A stretch of 64,000 nucleotides of DNA from assembly GCF_009914755.1 (NCBI RefSeq), contig NC_060925.1; one strand, given 5' to 3'. Within the stretch, counting starts at the first letter, position 1, and the number at the start of each line of letters is the position of its first letter. The DNA comes from the human T2T-CHM13v2.0 reference genome, Homo sapiens. Positions 1 to 12,800 of this stretch are shown one piece after another. The position numbers and the translations under genes were made by a program. The notes under the pieces are model-generated. The model saw nothing but the letters and a program-made list of their open reading frames with translations. It had not been told where the DNA came from and ran no database searches.

Positions 1-212
1 TTTGTGGAATTTGCAAGTGGAGATTTCAGCCGCTTTGAGGTCAATAGTAGAAAAGGAAATATCTTCGTAGAAAAACTAGACAGAATGATTCTCAGAAACT
101 CCTTTGTGATGTGTGTGTTCAACTCACAGAGTTTAACCTTTCTTTTCATAGAGCAGTTAGTAAACACTCTGTTTATAAAGTCTGCAAGTGGATATTCAGA
201 CCCCTTTGAGGC

Positions 213-229
213 CTTCGTTGGAAACGGGA
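213..229 (+). promoter_or_regulatory. CENP-B box (first of ~188; recurs every ~340 bp across the window)
   Basis: Exact CTTCGTTGGAAACGGGA. Copies in type-B dimers end CGGGT and keep the core TTCG....A..CGGG. Confidence 0.97.
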
Positions 230-965
230 TTTCTTCATATTATGCTAGACAGAAGAATTCTCAGTAACTTCCTTGTGTTGTGTGTATTCAACTGACAGAG
301 TTGAACTTTCATTTAGAGAGAGCAGATTTGAAACACTGTTTTTGTGGAATTTGCAAGTGGAGATTTCAAGCGCTTTGGGGCCAAAGGCAGTAAAGGAAAT
401 ATCTTCGTATAAAAACTAGACAGAATCATTCTCAGAAACTGCTGCGTGATGTGTGCGTTCAACTCTCAGAGTTTAACTTTTCTTTTCATTCAGCGGTTTG
501 GAAACACTCTGTTTGTAAAGTCTGCACGTGGATATTTTGACCACTTAGAGGCCTTCGTTGGAAACGGGTTTTTTTCATATAAGGCTAGACAGAAGAATTC
601 CCAGTAACTTCCTTGTGTTGTGTGCATTCAACTCACAGAGTTGAACGTTCCCTTAGACAGAGCAGATTTGAAACACTCTATTTGTGCAATTTCCAAGTGT
701 AGATTTCAAGCGCTTTAAGGTCAACGGCAGAAAAGGAAATATCTTCGTTTCAAAACTAGACAGAATCATTCCCACAAACTGCGTTGTGATGTGTTCGTTC
801 AACTCACAGAGTTTAACCTTTCTGTTCATAGAGCAGTTAGGAAACACTCTGTTTGTAAAGTCTGTAAGTGGATATTCTGACATCTTGTGGCCTTCGTTGG
901 AAACGGGATTTCTTCATATTCTGCTAGACAGAAGAATTCTCAGTAACTTCCTTGTGTTGTGTGTA

Positions 966-984
966 TTCAACTCACAGAGTTGAA
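966..984. repeat. Short perfect inverted repeat TTCAACTC-aca-GAGTTGAA (representative; one perfect and one 1-mismatch version in most dimers)
   Basis: 8-bp arms are exact reverse complements around a 3-nt loop. The partner monomer has GTTCAACTC-aca-GAGTTTAAC. Confidence 0.9.
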
Positions 985-2690
985 CGATCCTTTACACAGA
1001 GCAGACTTGAAACACTCTTTTTGTGGAATTTGCAAGTGGAGATTTCAGCCGCTTTGAGGTCAATGGTAGAAAAGGAAACTATCTTCAAATAAAGACTAGA
1101 CAGAATGATTCTCAGAAAATCTTTTGTGATGTGTGCGTTCAACTCACAGAGTTTAACTTTTCTTCTCATAGAGCAGTTAGGAAACACTCTGTTTGTAAAG
1201 TCTGTAAGTGGATATTCTGACATCTTGTGGCCTTCGTTGGAAACGGGATTTCTTCATATTATGCTAGACAGAATAATTCTCAGTAACTTCCTTGTGTTCT
1301 GTGTATTCCACTCACAGAGTTGAACGATCCTTTACAGAGAGCAGGCTTGAAACACTCTTTTTGTCGAATTTGCAAGTGGAGATTTCAGCCGCTTTGAGGT
1401 CAATGGTAGAATAGGAAATATCTTCTTATAGAAACTACACAGAATGATTCTCATAAACTCCTTTGTGATGTGTGCGTTCAACTCACAGAGTTTAACCTTT
1501 CTTTTCATAGAGCAGTTAGGAAACACTCTGTTTGTAAAGTCTGTAAGTGGATATTCTGACATCTTGTGGCCTTCGTTGGAAACGGGATTTCTTCATATTC
1601 TGCTAGACAGAAGAATTCTCAGTAACTTCCTTGTGTTGTGTGTATTCAACTCACAGAGTTGAACGATCCTTTACACAGAGCAGACTTGAAACACTCTTTT
1701 TGTGGAATTTGCAAGTGGAGATTTCAGCCGCTTTGAGGTCAATGGTAGAAAAGGAAACTATCTTCATATAAAGACTAGACAGAATGATTCTCAGAAAATC
1801 TTTTGTGATGTGTGCGTTCAACTCACAGAGTTTAACTTTTCTTCTCATAGAGCAGTTAGGAAACACTCTGTTTGTAAAGTCTGCAAGTGGATATTCAGAC
1901 CTCTTTGAGGCCTTCGTTGGAAACGGGATTTCTTCATATTATGCTAGACAGAATAATTCTCAGTAACTTCCTTGTGTTGTGTGTATTCAACTCACAGAGT
2001 TGAACGATCCTTTACAGAGAGCAGGCTTGAAACACTCTTTTTGTGGAATTTGCAAGTGGAGATTTCAGCCGCTTTGAGGTCAATGGTAGAATAGGAAATA
2101 TCTTCTTATAGAAACTAGACAGAATGATTCTCAGAAAATCTTTTGTGATGTGTGCGTTCAACTCACAGAGTTTAACTTTTCTTCTCATAGAGCAGTTAGG
2201 AAACACTCTGTTTGTAAAGTCTGCAAGTGGATATTCAGACCTCTTTGAGGCCTTCGTTGGAAACGGGATTTCTTCATATTATGCTAGACAGAATAATTCT
2301 CAGTAACTTCCTTGTGTTGTGTGTATTCAACTCACAGAGTTGAAGGATCCTTTACAGAGAGCAGGCTTGAAACACTCTTTTTGTCGAATTTGCAAGTGGA
2401 GATTTCAGCCGCTTTGAGGTCAATGATAGAATAGGAAATATCTTCTTATAGAAACTAGACAGAATGATTCTCATAAACTCCTTTGTGATGTGTGCGTTCA
2501 ACTCACAGAGTTTAACCTTTCTTTTCATAGAGCAGTTAGGAAACACTCTGTTTGTAAGTCTGCAAGTGGATAGTCAGACCTCCTTGAGGCCTTCGTTGGA
2601 AACGGGATTTCTTCATATTCTGCTAGACAGAAGAATTCTCAGTAACTTCCTTGTGTTGTGTGTATTCAACTCACAGAGTTGAATGATCCT

Positions 2691-5406
2691 TTACACAGAG
2701 CAGACTTGAAACACTCTTTTTGTGGAATTTGCAAGTGGAGATTTCAGCCGCTTTGAGGTCAATAGTAGAAAAGGAAATATCTTCGTAGAAAAACTAGACA
2801 GAATGATTCTCAGAAACTCCTTTGTGATGTGTGTGTTCAACTCACAGAGTTTAACCTTTCTTTTCATAGAGCAGTTAGTAAACACTCTGTTTATAAAGTC
2901 TGCAAGTGGATATTCAGACCCCTTTGAGGCCTTCGTTGGAAACGGGATTTCTTCATATTATGCTAGACAGAAGAATTCTCAGTAACTTCCTTGTGTTGTG
3001 TGTATTCAACTGACAGAGTTGAACTTTCATTTAGAGAGAGCAGATTTGAAACACTGTTTTTGTGGAATTTGCAAGTGGAGATTTCAAGCGCTTTGGGGCC
3101 AAAGGCAGAAAAGGAAATATCTTCGTATAAAAACTAGACAGAATCATTCTCAGAAACTGCTGCGTGATGTGTGCGTTCAACTCTCAGAGTTTAACTTTTC
3201 TTTTTATTCAGCGGTTTGGAAACACTCTGTTTGTAAAGTCTGCACGTGGATATTTTGACCACTTAGAGGCCTTCGTTGGAAACCGGTTTTTTTCATGTAA
3301 CGCTAGACAGAAGAATTCCCAGTAACTTCCTTGTGTTGTGTGCATTCAACTCACAGCGTTGAACGTTCCCTTAGACAGAGCAGATCTGAAACAGCCTATT
3401 TGTGCAATTTGCAAGTGTAGATTTCAAGCGCTTTAAGGTCAACGGCAGAAAAGGAAATATCTTCCTTTCAAAACTACACAGAATCATTCCCACAAACTGC
3501 GTTGTGATGTGTTCGTTCAACTCACAGAGTTTAACCTTTCTGTTCATAGAGCAGTTAGGAAACACTCTGTTTGTAAAGTCTGTAAGTGGATATTCTGACA
3601 TCTTGTGGCCTTCGTTGGAAACGGGATTTCTTCATATTCTGCTAGACAGAAGAATTCTCAGTAACTTCCTTGTGTTGTGTTTATTCAACTCACAGAGTTG
3701 AATGATCCTTTACACAGAGCAGACTTGAAACACTCTTTTTGTGGAATTTGCAAGTGGAGATTTCAGCCGCTTTGAGGTCAATGGTAGAAAAGGAAACTAT
3801 CTTCATATAAAGACTAGACAGAATGATTCTCAGAAAATCTTTTGTGATGTGTGCGTTCAACTCACAGAGTTTAACTTTTCTTCTCATAGAGCAGTTAGGA
3901 AACACTCTGTTTGTAAAGTCTGCAAGTGGATATTCAGACCTCTTTGAGGCCTTCGTTGGAAACGGGATTTCTTCATATTATGCTAGACAGAATAATTCTC
4001 AGTAACTTCCTTGTGTTGAGTGTATTCAACTCACAGAGTTGAAGGATCCTTTACAGACAGCAGGCTTGAAACACTCTTTTTGTCGAATTTGCAAGTGGAG
4101 ATTTCAGCCGCTTTGAGGTCAATGGTAGAATAGGAAATATCTTCTTATAGAAACTAGACAGAATGATTCTCATAAACTGCTTTGTGATGTGTGCGTTCAA
4201 CTCACAGAGTTTAACCTTTCTTTTCATAGAGCAGTTAGGAAACACTCTGTTTGTAAAGTCTGCATGTGGATATTCAGACCTCCTTGAGGCCTTCGTTGGA
4301 AACGGGAATTCCTCATATTCTGCTAGACAGAAGAATTCTCAGTAACTTCCTTGTGTTGTGTTTATTCAACTCACAGAGTTGAATGATCCTTTACACAGAG
4401 CAGACTTGAAACACTCTTTTTGTGGAATTTGCAAGTGGAGATTTCAGCCGCTTTGAGGTCAATGGTAGAAAAGTAAATATCTTCGTATAAAGACTAGACA
4501 GAATGATTCTCAGAAACTCCTTTGTGATGTGTGCGTTCAACTCACAGAGTTTAACCTTTCTGTTCATAGAGCAGTTAGGAAACACTCTGTTTGTAAAGTC
4601 TGCAAGTGGATATTCAGACCTCCTTGAGGCCTTCGTTGGAAACCGGATTTCTTCATATTCTGCTAGACAGAAGAATTCTCAGTAACTTCCTTGTGTTGTG
4701 TGTATTCAACTCACAGAGTTGAATGATCCTTTACACAGAGCAGACTTGAAACACTCTTTTTGTGGAATTTGCAAGTGGAGATTTCAGCTGCTTTGAGGTC
4801 AATGGTAGAGAAGGAAATATCTTCGTATAAAGACTAGACAGAATGATTCTCATAAACTCCTTTGTGATGTGTGCATTCAAATCACAGAGTTTAACTTTTC
4901 TTTTCATAGAGCAGTTAGGAAACACTCTGTTTGTAAAGTCTGCAAGTGGATATTCAGACCTCTTTGAGGCCTTCGTTGGAAACGGGATTTCTTCATATTA
5001 TGCTAGACAGAATAATTCTCAGTAACTTCCTTGTGTTGTGTGTATTCAACTCACAGAGTTGAACGATCCTTTACACAGAGCAGACTTGAAACACTCTTTT
5101 TGTGGAATTTGCAAGTGGAGATTTCAGCCGCTTTGAGGACAATGGTAGAATAGGAAATATCTTCCTATAGAAACTAGACAGAACGATTCTCAGAAACTCC
5201 TTTGTGATGTGTGCGTTCAACTCACAGAGTTTAACCTTTCTTTTCATAGAGCAGTTAGGAAACACTCTGTAAAGTCTGCATGTGGATATTCAGACCTCTT
5301 TGAGGCCTTCGTTGGAAACGGGATTTCTTCATATTCTGCTAGACAGAAGAATTCTCAGTAACTTCCTTGTGTTGTGTGTATTCAACTCACAGGGTTGAAC
5401 GATCCT
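2691..5406 (+). repeat. Full 16-monomer HOR copy ABCDEFGH (diverged copy, 2,716 bp)
   Basis: Dimer markers in order: A (CAATAGTAG/CGTAGAAAAAC), B (CTTTGGGGCC), C (CCCACAAACTGCG), D (GGAAACTATC), E (GGATCC/GCAGGC/GTCGAA), F (AAAGTAAATA), G (near-consensus), H (CTTCCTATAG/GAACGATTC); 4-bp deletion near 5270. Confidence 0.85.
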
Positions 5407-6830
5407 TTACACAGAGCAGACTTGAAACACTCTTTTTGTGGAATTTGCAAGAGGAGATTTCAGCCGCTTTGAGGTCAATAGTAGAAAAGGAAACATCTTC
5501 GTAGAAAAACTAGACAGAATGATTCTCAGAAACTCCTTTGTGATGTGTGTGTTCAACTCACAGAGTTTAACCTTTCTTTTCCTAGAGCAGTTAGTAAACA
5601 CTCTGTTTATAAAGTCTGCAAGTGGATATTCAGACCCCTTTGAGGCCTTCGTTGGAAATGGGATTTCTTCATATTATGCTAGACAGAAGAATTCTCAGTA
5701 ACTTCCTTCTGTTGTGTGTATTCAACTGACAGAGCTGAACTTTCATTTAGAGAGAGCAGATTTGAAACACTGTTTTTGTGGAATTTGCAAGTGGAGATTT
5801 CAAGCGCTTTGGGGCCAAAGGCAGAAAAGGAAATATCTTCGTATAAAAACTAGACAGAATCATTCTCAGAAACTGCTGCATGATGTGTGCGTTCAACTCT
5901 CAGAGTTTAACTTTTCTTTTCATTCAGCGGTTTGGAAACACTCTGTTTGTAAAGTCTGCACGTGGATATTTTGACCACTTAGAGGCCTTCGTTGGAAACG
6001 GGTTTTTTTTCATGTAAGGCTAGACAGAAGAATTCCCAGTAACTTCCTTGTGTTGTGTGCATTCAACTCACAGAGTTGAACGTCCATTAGACAGAGCAGA
6101 TTTGAAACACTCTATTTGTGCAATTTGCAAGTGTAGATTTCAAGCGCTTTAAGGTCAATGGCAGACAAGGAAATATCTTCGTTTCAAAACTAGACAGAAT
6201 CATTCCCACAAACTGCCTTGTGATGTGTTCGTTCAACTCACAGAGTTTAACCTTTCTGTTCATAGAGCAGTTAGGAAACACTCTGTAACGTCTGTAAGTG
6301 GATATTCTGATATTTTGTGGCCTTCGTTGGAAACGGGATTTCTTCATATTCTGCTAGACAGAAGAATTCTCAGTAACTTCCTTGTGTTGTGTGTATTCAA
6401 CTCACAGAGTTGAACGATCCTTTACACAGAGCAGACTTGAAACACTCTTTTTGTGGAATTTGCAAGTGGAGATTTCAGCCGCTTTGATGTCAATGGTAGA
6501 AAAGGAAATATCTTCGTATAAAGACTAGACAGAATGATTCTCAGAAACTCTTTTGTGATGTGTGCGTTCAACTCACAGAGTTTAACCTTTCTGTTCATAG
6601 AGCAGTTAGGAAACACTCTGTTTGTAAAGTCTGCAAGTGGATATTCAGACCTCCTTGAGGCCTTCGTTGGAAACGGGATTTCTTCATATTCTGCTAGACA
6701 GAAGAATTCTCAGTAACTTCCTTGTGTTGTGTGTATTCAACTCACAGAGTTGTACGATCCTTTACACAGAGCAGACTTGAAACACTCTTTTTGTGGAATT
6801 TGCAAGTGGAGATTTCAGCCGCTTTGAGGT

Positions 6831-6847
6831 CAATGGTAGAAAAGGAA
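6831..6847 (-). promoter_or_regulatory. pJ-alpha/A-box-like site in the monomer lacking a CENP-B box (representative copy)
   Basis: CAATGGTAGAAAAGGAA (reverse TTCCTTTTCTACCATTG) occupies the position equivalent to the CENP-B box in the alternate monomer and resembles the pJ-alpha motif of A-type monomers. Confidence 0.6.
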
Positions 6848-9800
6848 ATATCTTCGTATAAAGACTAGACAGAATGATTCTCAGAAACTCCTTTGTGATG
6901 TGTGCGTTCAACTCACAGAGTTTAACCTTTCTGTTCATAGAGCAGTTAGGAAACACTCTGTTTGTAAAGTCTGTAAGTGGATATTCTGACATCTTGTGGC
7001 CTTCGTTGGAAACGGGATTTCTTCATATTCTGCTAGACAGAAGAATTCTCAGTAACTTCCTTGTGTTGTGTGTATTCAACTCACAGAGTTGAACGATCCT
7101 TTAAACAGAGCAGACTTGAAACACTCTTTTTGTGGAATTTGCAAGTGGAGATTTCAGCCGCTTTGAGGTCAATGGTAGAAAAGGAAACTATCTTCATATA
7201 AAGACTAGACAGAATGATTCTAAGAAAATCTTTTGTGATGTGTGCGTTCAACTCACAGAGTTTAACTTTTCTTCTCATAGAGCAGTTAGGAAACACTCTG
7301 TTTGTAAAGTCTGCAAGTGGATATTCAGACCTCTTTGAGGCCTTCGTTGGAAACGGGATTTCTTCATATTCTGCTAGACAGAAGAATTCTCAGTAACTTC
7401 CTTGTGTTGTGTGTATTCAACTCACAGAGTTGAACGATCCTTTACACAGAGCAGACTTGAAACACTCTTTTTGTGGAATTTGCAAGTGGAGATTTCAGCC
7501 GCTTTGAGGTCAATAGTAGAAAAGGAAATATCTTCGTAGAAAAACTAGGCAGAATGATTCTCAGAAACTCCTTTGTGATGTGTGTGTTCAACTCACAGAG
7601 TTTAACCTTTCTTTTCATAGAGCAGTTAGTAAACACTCTGTTTATAAAGTCTGCAAGTGGATATTCAGACCCCTTTGAGGCCTTCGTTGGAAACGGGATT
7701 TCTTCATATTATGCTAGACAGAAGAATTCTCAGTAACTTCCTTGTGTTGTGTGTATTCAACTGACAGAGTTGAACTTTCATTTAGAGAGAGCAGATTTGA
7801 AACACTGTTTTTGTGGAATTTGCAAGTGGAGATTTCAAGCGCTTTGGGGCCAAGGGCAGAAAAGGAAATATCTTCGTATAAAAACTAGACAGAATCATTC
7901 TCAGAAACTGCTGCGTGATGTGTGCGTTCAACTCTCAGAGTTTAACTTTTCTTTTCATTCAGCGGTTTGGAAACACTCTGTTTGTAAAGTCTGCACGTGG
8001 ATATTTTGACCACTTAGAGGCCTTCGTTGGAAACGGGTTTTTTTTCATGTAAGGCTAGACAGAAGAATTCCCAGTAACTTCCTTGTGTTGTGTGCATTCA
8101 ACTCACAGAGTTGAACGTTCCCTTAGACAGAGCAGATTTGAAACACTCTATTTGTGCAATTTGCAAGTGTAGATTTCAAGCGCTTTAAGGTCAACGGCAG
8201 AAAACGAAATATCTTCGTTTCAAAACTAGACAGAATCATTCCCACAAACTGCGTTGTGATGTGTTCGTTCAACTCACAGAGTTTAACCTTTCTGTTCATA
8301 GAGCAGTTAGGAAACACTCTGTTTGTAAAGTCTGTAAGTGGATATTCTGACATCTTGTGGCCTTCGTTGGAAACGGGATTTCTTCATATTCTGCTAGACA
8401 GAAGAATTCTCAGTAACTTCCTTGTGTTGTGTGTATTCAACTCACAGAGTTGAACAATCCTTTACACAGAGCAGACTTGAAACACTCTTTTTGTGGAATT
8501 TGCAAGTGGAGATTTCAGCCGCTTTGAGGTCAACGGTAGAAAAGGAAACATCTCCGTATAAAGACTAGACAGAATGATTCTCATAAACTCCTTTGTGATG
8601 TGTGCGTTCAACTCACAGAGTTTAACTTTTCTTTTCATAGAGCAGTTAGGAAACACTCTGTTTGTAATGTCTGCAAGTGGATATTCAGACCTCTTTGAGG
8701 CCTTCGTTGGAAACGGGATTTCTTCATATTATGCTAGACAGAAGAATTCTCAGTAACTTCCTTGTGTTGTGTGTATTCAACTCACAGAGTTGAACGATCC
8801 TTTACACAGAGCAGACTTGAAACATTCTTTTTGTGGAATTTGCAAGTGGAGATTTCAGCCGCTTTGAGGTCAATGGTAGAATAGGAAATATCTTCCTATA
8901 GAAACTAGACAGAACGATTCTCAGAAACTCCTTTGTGATGTGTGCGTTCAACTCACAGAGTTTAACCTTTCTGTTCATAGAGCAGTTAGGAAACACTCTA
9001 TTTGTAAAGTCTGCAAGTGGATATTCAGACCTCTTTGAGGCCTTCGTTGGAAACGGGATTTCTTCATATTCTGCTAGACAGAAGAATTCTCAGTAACTTC
9101 CTTGTGTTGTGTGTATTCAACTCACAGAGTTGAACGATCCTTTACACAGAGCAGACTTGAAACACTCTTTTTGTGGAATTTGCAAGTGGAGATTTCAGCC
9201 GCTTTGAGGTCAATAGTAGAAAAGGAAATATCTTCGTAGAAAAACTAGACAGAATGATTCTCAGAAACTCCTTTGTGATGTGTGTGTTCAACTCACAGAG
9301 TTTAACCTTTCTTTTCATAGAGCAGTTAGTAAACACTCTGTTTATAAAGTCTGCAAGTGGATATTCAGACCCCTTTGAGGCCTTCGTTGGAAACGGGATT
9401 TCTTCATATTATGCTAGACAGAAGAATTCTCAGTAACTTCCTTGTGTTGTGTGTATTCAACTGACAGAGTTGAACTTTCATTTAGAGAGAGCAGATTTGA
9501 AACACTGTTTTTGTGGAATTTGCAATTGGAGATTTCAAGCGCTTTGGGGCCAAAGGCAGAAAAGGAAATATCTTCGTATAAAAACTAGACAGAATCATTC
9601 TCAGAAACTCCTTTGTGATGTGTGCGTTCAACTCTCAGAGTTTAACTTTTCTTTTCATTCAGCGGTTTGGAAACACTCTGTTTGTAAAGTCTGCACGTGG
9701 ATATTTTGACCACTTAGAGGCCTTCGTTGGAAACGGGTTTTTTTCATGTAAGGCTAGACAGAAGAATTCCCAGTAACTTCCTTGTGTTGTGTGCATTCAA

Positions 9801-12800
9801 CTCACAGAGTTGAACGTTCCCTTAGACAGAGCAGATTTGAAACACTCTATTTGTGCAATTTGCAAGTGTAGATTTCAAGCGCTTTAAGGTCAATGGCAGA
9901 AAAGGAAATATCTTCGTTTCAAAACTAGACAGAATCATTCCCACAAACTGCGTTGTGATGTGTTCGTTCAACTCACAGAGTTTAACCTTTCTGTTCATAG
10001 AGCAGTTAGGAAACACTCTGTTTGTAAAGTCTGCAAGTGGATATTCAGACCTCTTTGAGGCCTTCGTTGGAAACGGGATTTCTTCATATTCTGCTAGACA
10101 GAAGAATTCTCAGTAACTTCCTTGTGTTGTGTGTATTCAACTCACAGAGTTGAACGATCCTTTACACAGAGCAGACTTGAAACACTCTTTTTGTGGAATT
10201 TGCAATTGGAGATTTCAGCCGCTTTGAGGTCAATAGTAGAAAAGGAAATATCGTCGTAGAAAAACTAGACAGAATGATTCTCAGAAACTCCTTTGTGATG
10301 TGTGTGTTCAACTCACAGAGTTTAACCTTTCTTTTCATAGAGCAGCTAGTAAACACTCTGTTTATGAAGTCTGCAAGTGGATATTCAGACCCCTTTGAGG
10401 CCTTCGTTGGAAACGGGATTTCTTCATATTATGCTAGACAGAAGAATTCTCAGTAACTTCCTTGTGTTGTGTGTATTCAACTGACAGAGTTGAACTTTCA
10501 TTTGGAGAGAGCAGATTTGAAACACTGTTTTTGTGGAATTTGCAAGTGGAGATTTCAAGCGCTTTGGGGCCAAAGGCAGAAAAGGAAATATCTTCGTATA
10601 AAAACTAGACAGAATCATTCTCAGAAACTGCTGCGTGATGTGTGCGTTCAACTCTCAGAGTTTAACTTTTCTTTTCATTCAGCGGTTTGGAAACACTCTG
10701 TTTGTAAAGTCTGCACGTGGAAATTTTGACCACTTAGAGGCCTTCGTTGGAAACGGGTTTTTTTCATGTAAGGCTAGACAGAAGAATTCCCAGTAACTTC
10801 CTTGTGTTGTGTGCATTCAACTCACAGAGTTGAACGTTCCCTTAGACAGAGCAGATTTGAAACACTCTATTTGTGCAATTTGCAAGTGTAGATTTCAAGC
10901 GCTTTAAGGTCAATGGCAGAAAAGGAAATATCTTCGTTTCAAAACTAGACAGAATCATTCCCACAAACTGCGTTGTGATGTGTTCGTTCAACTCACAGAG
11001 TTTAACCTTTCTGTTCATAGAGCAGTTAGGAAACACTCTGTTTGTAAAGTCTGTAAGTGGATATTCTGACATCTTGTGGCCTTCGTTGGAAACGGGATTT
11101 CTTCATATTCTGCTAGACAGAAGAATTCTCAGTAACTTCCTTGTGTTGTGTGTTTTCAACTCACAGAGTTGAATGATCCTTTACACAGAGCAGACTTGAA
11201 ACACTCTTTTTGTGGAATTTGCAAGTGGAGATTTCAGCCGCTTTGAGGTCAATGGTAGAAAAGGAAACTATCTTCATATAAAGACTAGACAGAATGATTC
11301 TCAGAAAATCTTTTGTGATGTGTGCGTTCAACTCACAGAGTTTAACTTTTCTTCTCATAGAGCAGTTAGGAAACACTCTGTTTGTAAAGTCTGCAAGTGG
11401 ATATTCAGACCTCTTTAAGGCCTTCGTTGGAAACGGGATTTCTTCATATTATGCTAGACAGAATAATTCTCAGTAACTTCCTTGTGTTGTGTGTATTTAA
11501 CTCACAGAGTTGAAGGATCCTTTACAGAGAGCAGGCTTGAAACACTCTTTTTGTCGAATTTGCAAGTGGAGATTTCAGCCGCTTTGAGGTCAATGGTAGA
11601 ATAGGAAATATCTTCTTATAGAAACTAGACAGAATGATTCTCATAAACTCCTTTGTGATGTGTGCGTTCAACTCACAGAGTTTAACCTTTCTTTTCATAG
11701 AGCAGTTAGGAAACACTCTGTTTGTAAAGTCTGCAAGTGGATATTCAGACCCCTTTGAGGCCTTCGTTGGAAACGGGATTTCTTCATATTATGCTAGACA
11801 GAAGAATTCTCAGTAACTTCCTTGTGTTGTGTGTATTCAACTGACAGAGTTGAACTTTCATTTAGAGAGAGCAGATTTGAAACACTGTTTTTGTGGAATT
11901 TGCAAGTGGAGATTTCAAGCGCTTTGGGGCCAAAGGCAGAAAAGGAAATATCTTCGTATAAAAACTAGACAGAATCATTCTCAGAAACTGCTGCGTGATG
12001 TGTGCGTTCAACTCTCAGAGTTTAACTTTTCTTTTCATTCAGCGGTTTGGAAACACTCTGTTTGTAAAGTCTGCACGTGGAAATTTTGACCACTTAGAGG
12101 CCTTCGTTGGAAACGGGTTTTTTTCATGTAAGGCTAGACAGAAGAATTCCCAGTAACTTCCTTGTGTTGTGTGCATTCAACTCACAGAGTTGAACGTTCC
12201 CTTAGACAGAGCAGATTTGAAACACTCTATTTGTGCAATTTGCAAGTGTAGTTTTCAAGCTCTTTAAGGTCAATGGCAGAAAAGGAAATATCTTCGTTTC
12301 AAAACTAGACAGAATCATTCCCACAAACTGCGTTGTGATGTGTTCGTTCAACTCACAGAGTTTAACCTTTCTGTTCATAGAGCAGTTAGGAAACACTCTG
12401 TTTGTAAAGTCTGTAAGTGGATATTCTGACATCTTGTGGCCTTCGTTGGAAACGGGATTTCTTCATATTCTGCTAGACAGAAGAATTCTCAGTAACTTCC
12501 TTGTGTTGTGTGTATTCAACTCACAGAGTTGAACGATCCTTTACACAGAGCAGACTTGAAACACTCTTTTTGTGGAATTTGCAAGTGGAGATTTCAGCCG
12601 CTTTGAGGTCAATGGTAGAAAAGGAAACTATCTTCATATAAAGACTAGACAGAATGATTCTCAGAAAATCTTTTGTGATGTGTGCGTTCAACTCACAGAG
12701 TTTAACTTTTCTTCTCATAGAGCAGTTAGGAAACACTCTGTTTGTAAAGTCTGCAAGTGGATATTCAGACATCTTTGAGGCCTTCGTTGGAAACGGGATT

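Noticed and set aside
553-575. B-dimer box ending CGGGTTTTTTT, resembling a Pol III or intrinsic terminator T-run
   Set aside because: A fixed feature of dimer B with no upstream GC hairpin or Pol III gene; no evidence for terminator function.
2998-3258. Cys-rich ORF with CxC/CxxC-like motifs (HCFCGICK, VCKVC) suggesting a zinc finger
   Set aside because: Cys enrichment follows from TGTG-rich satellite sequence; start is GTG and no domain context exists.
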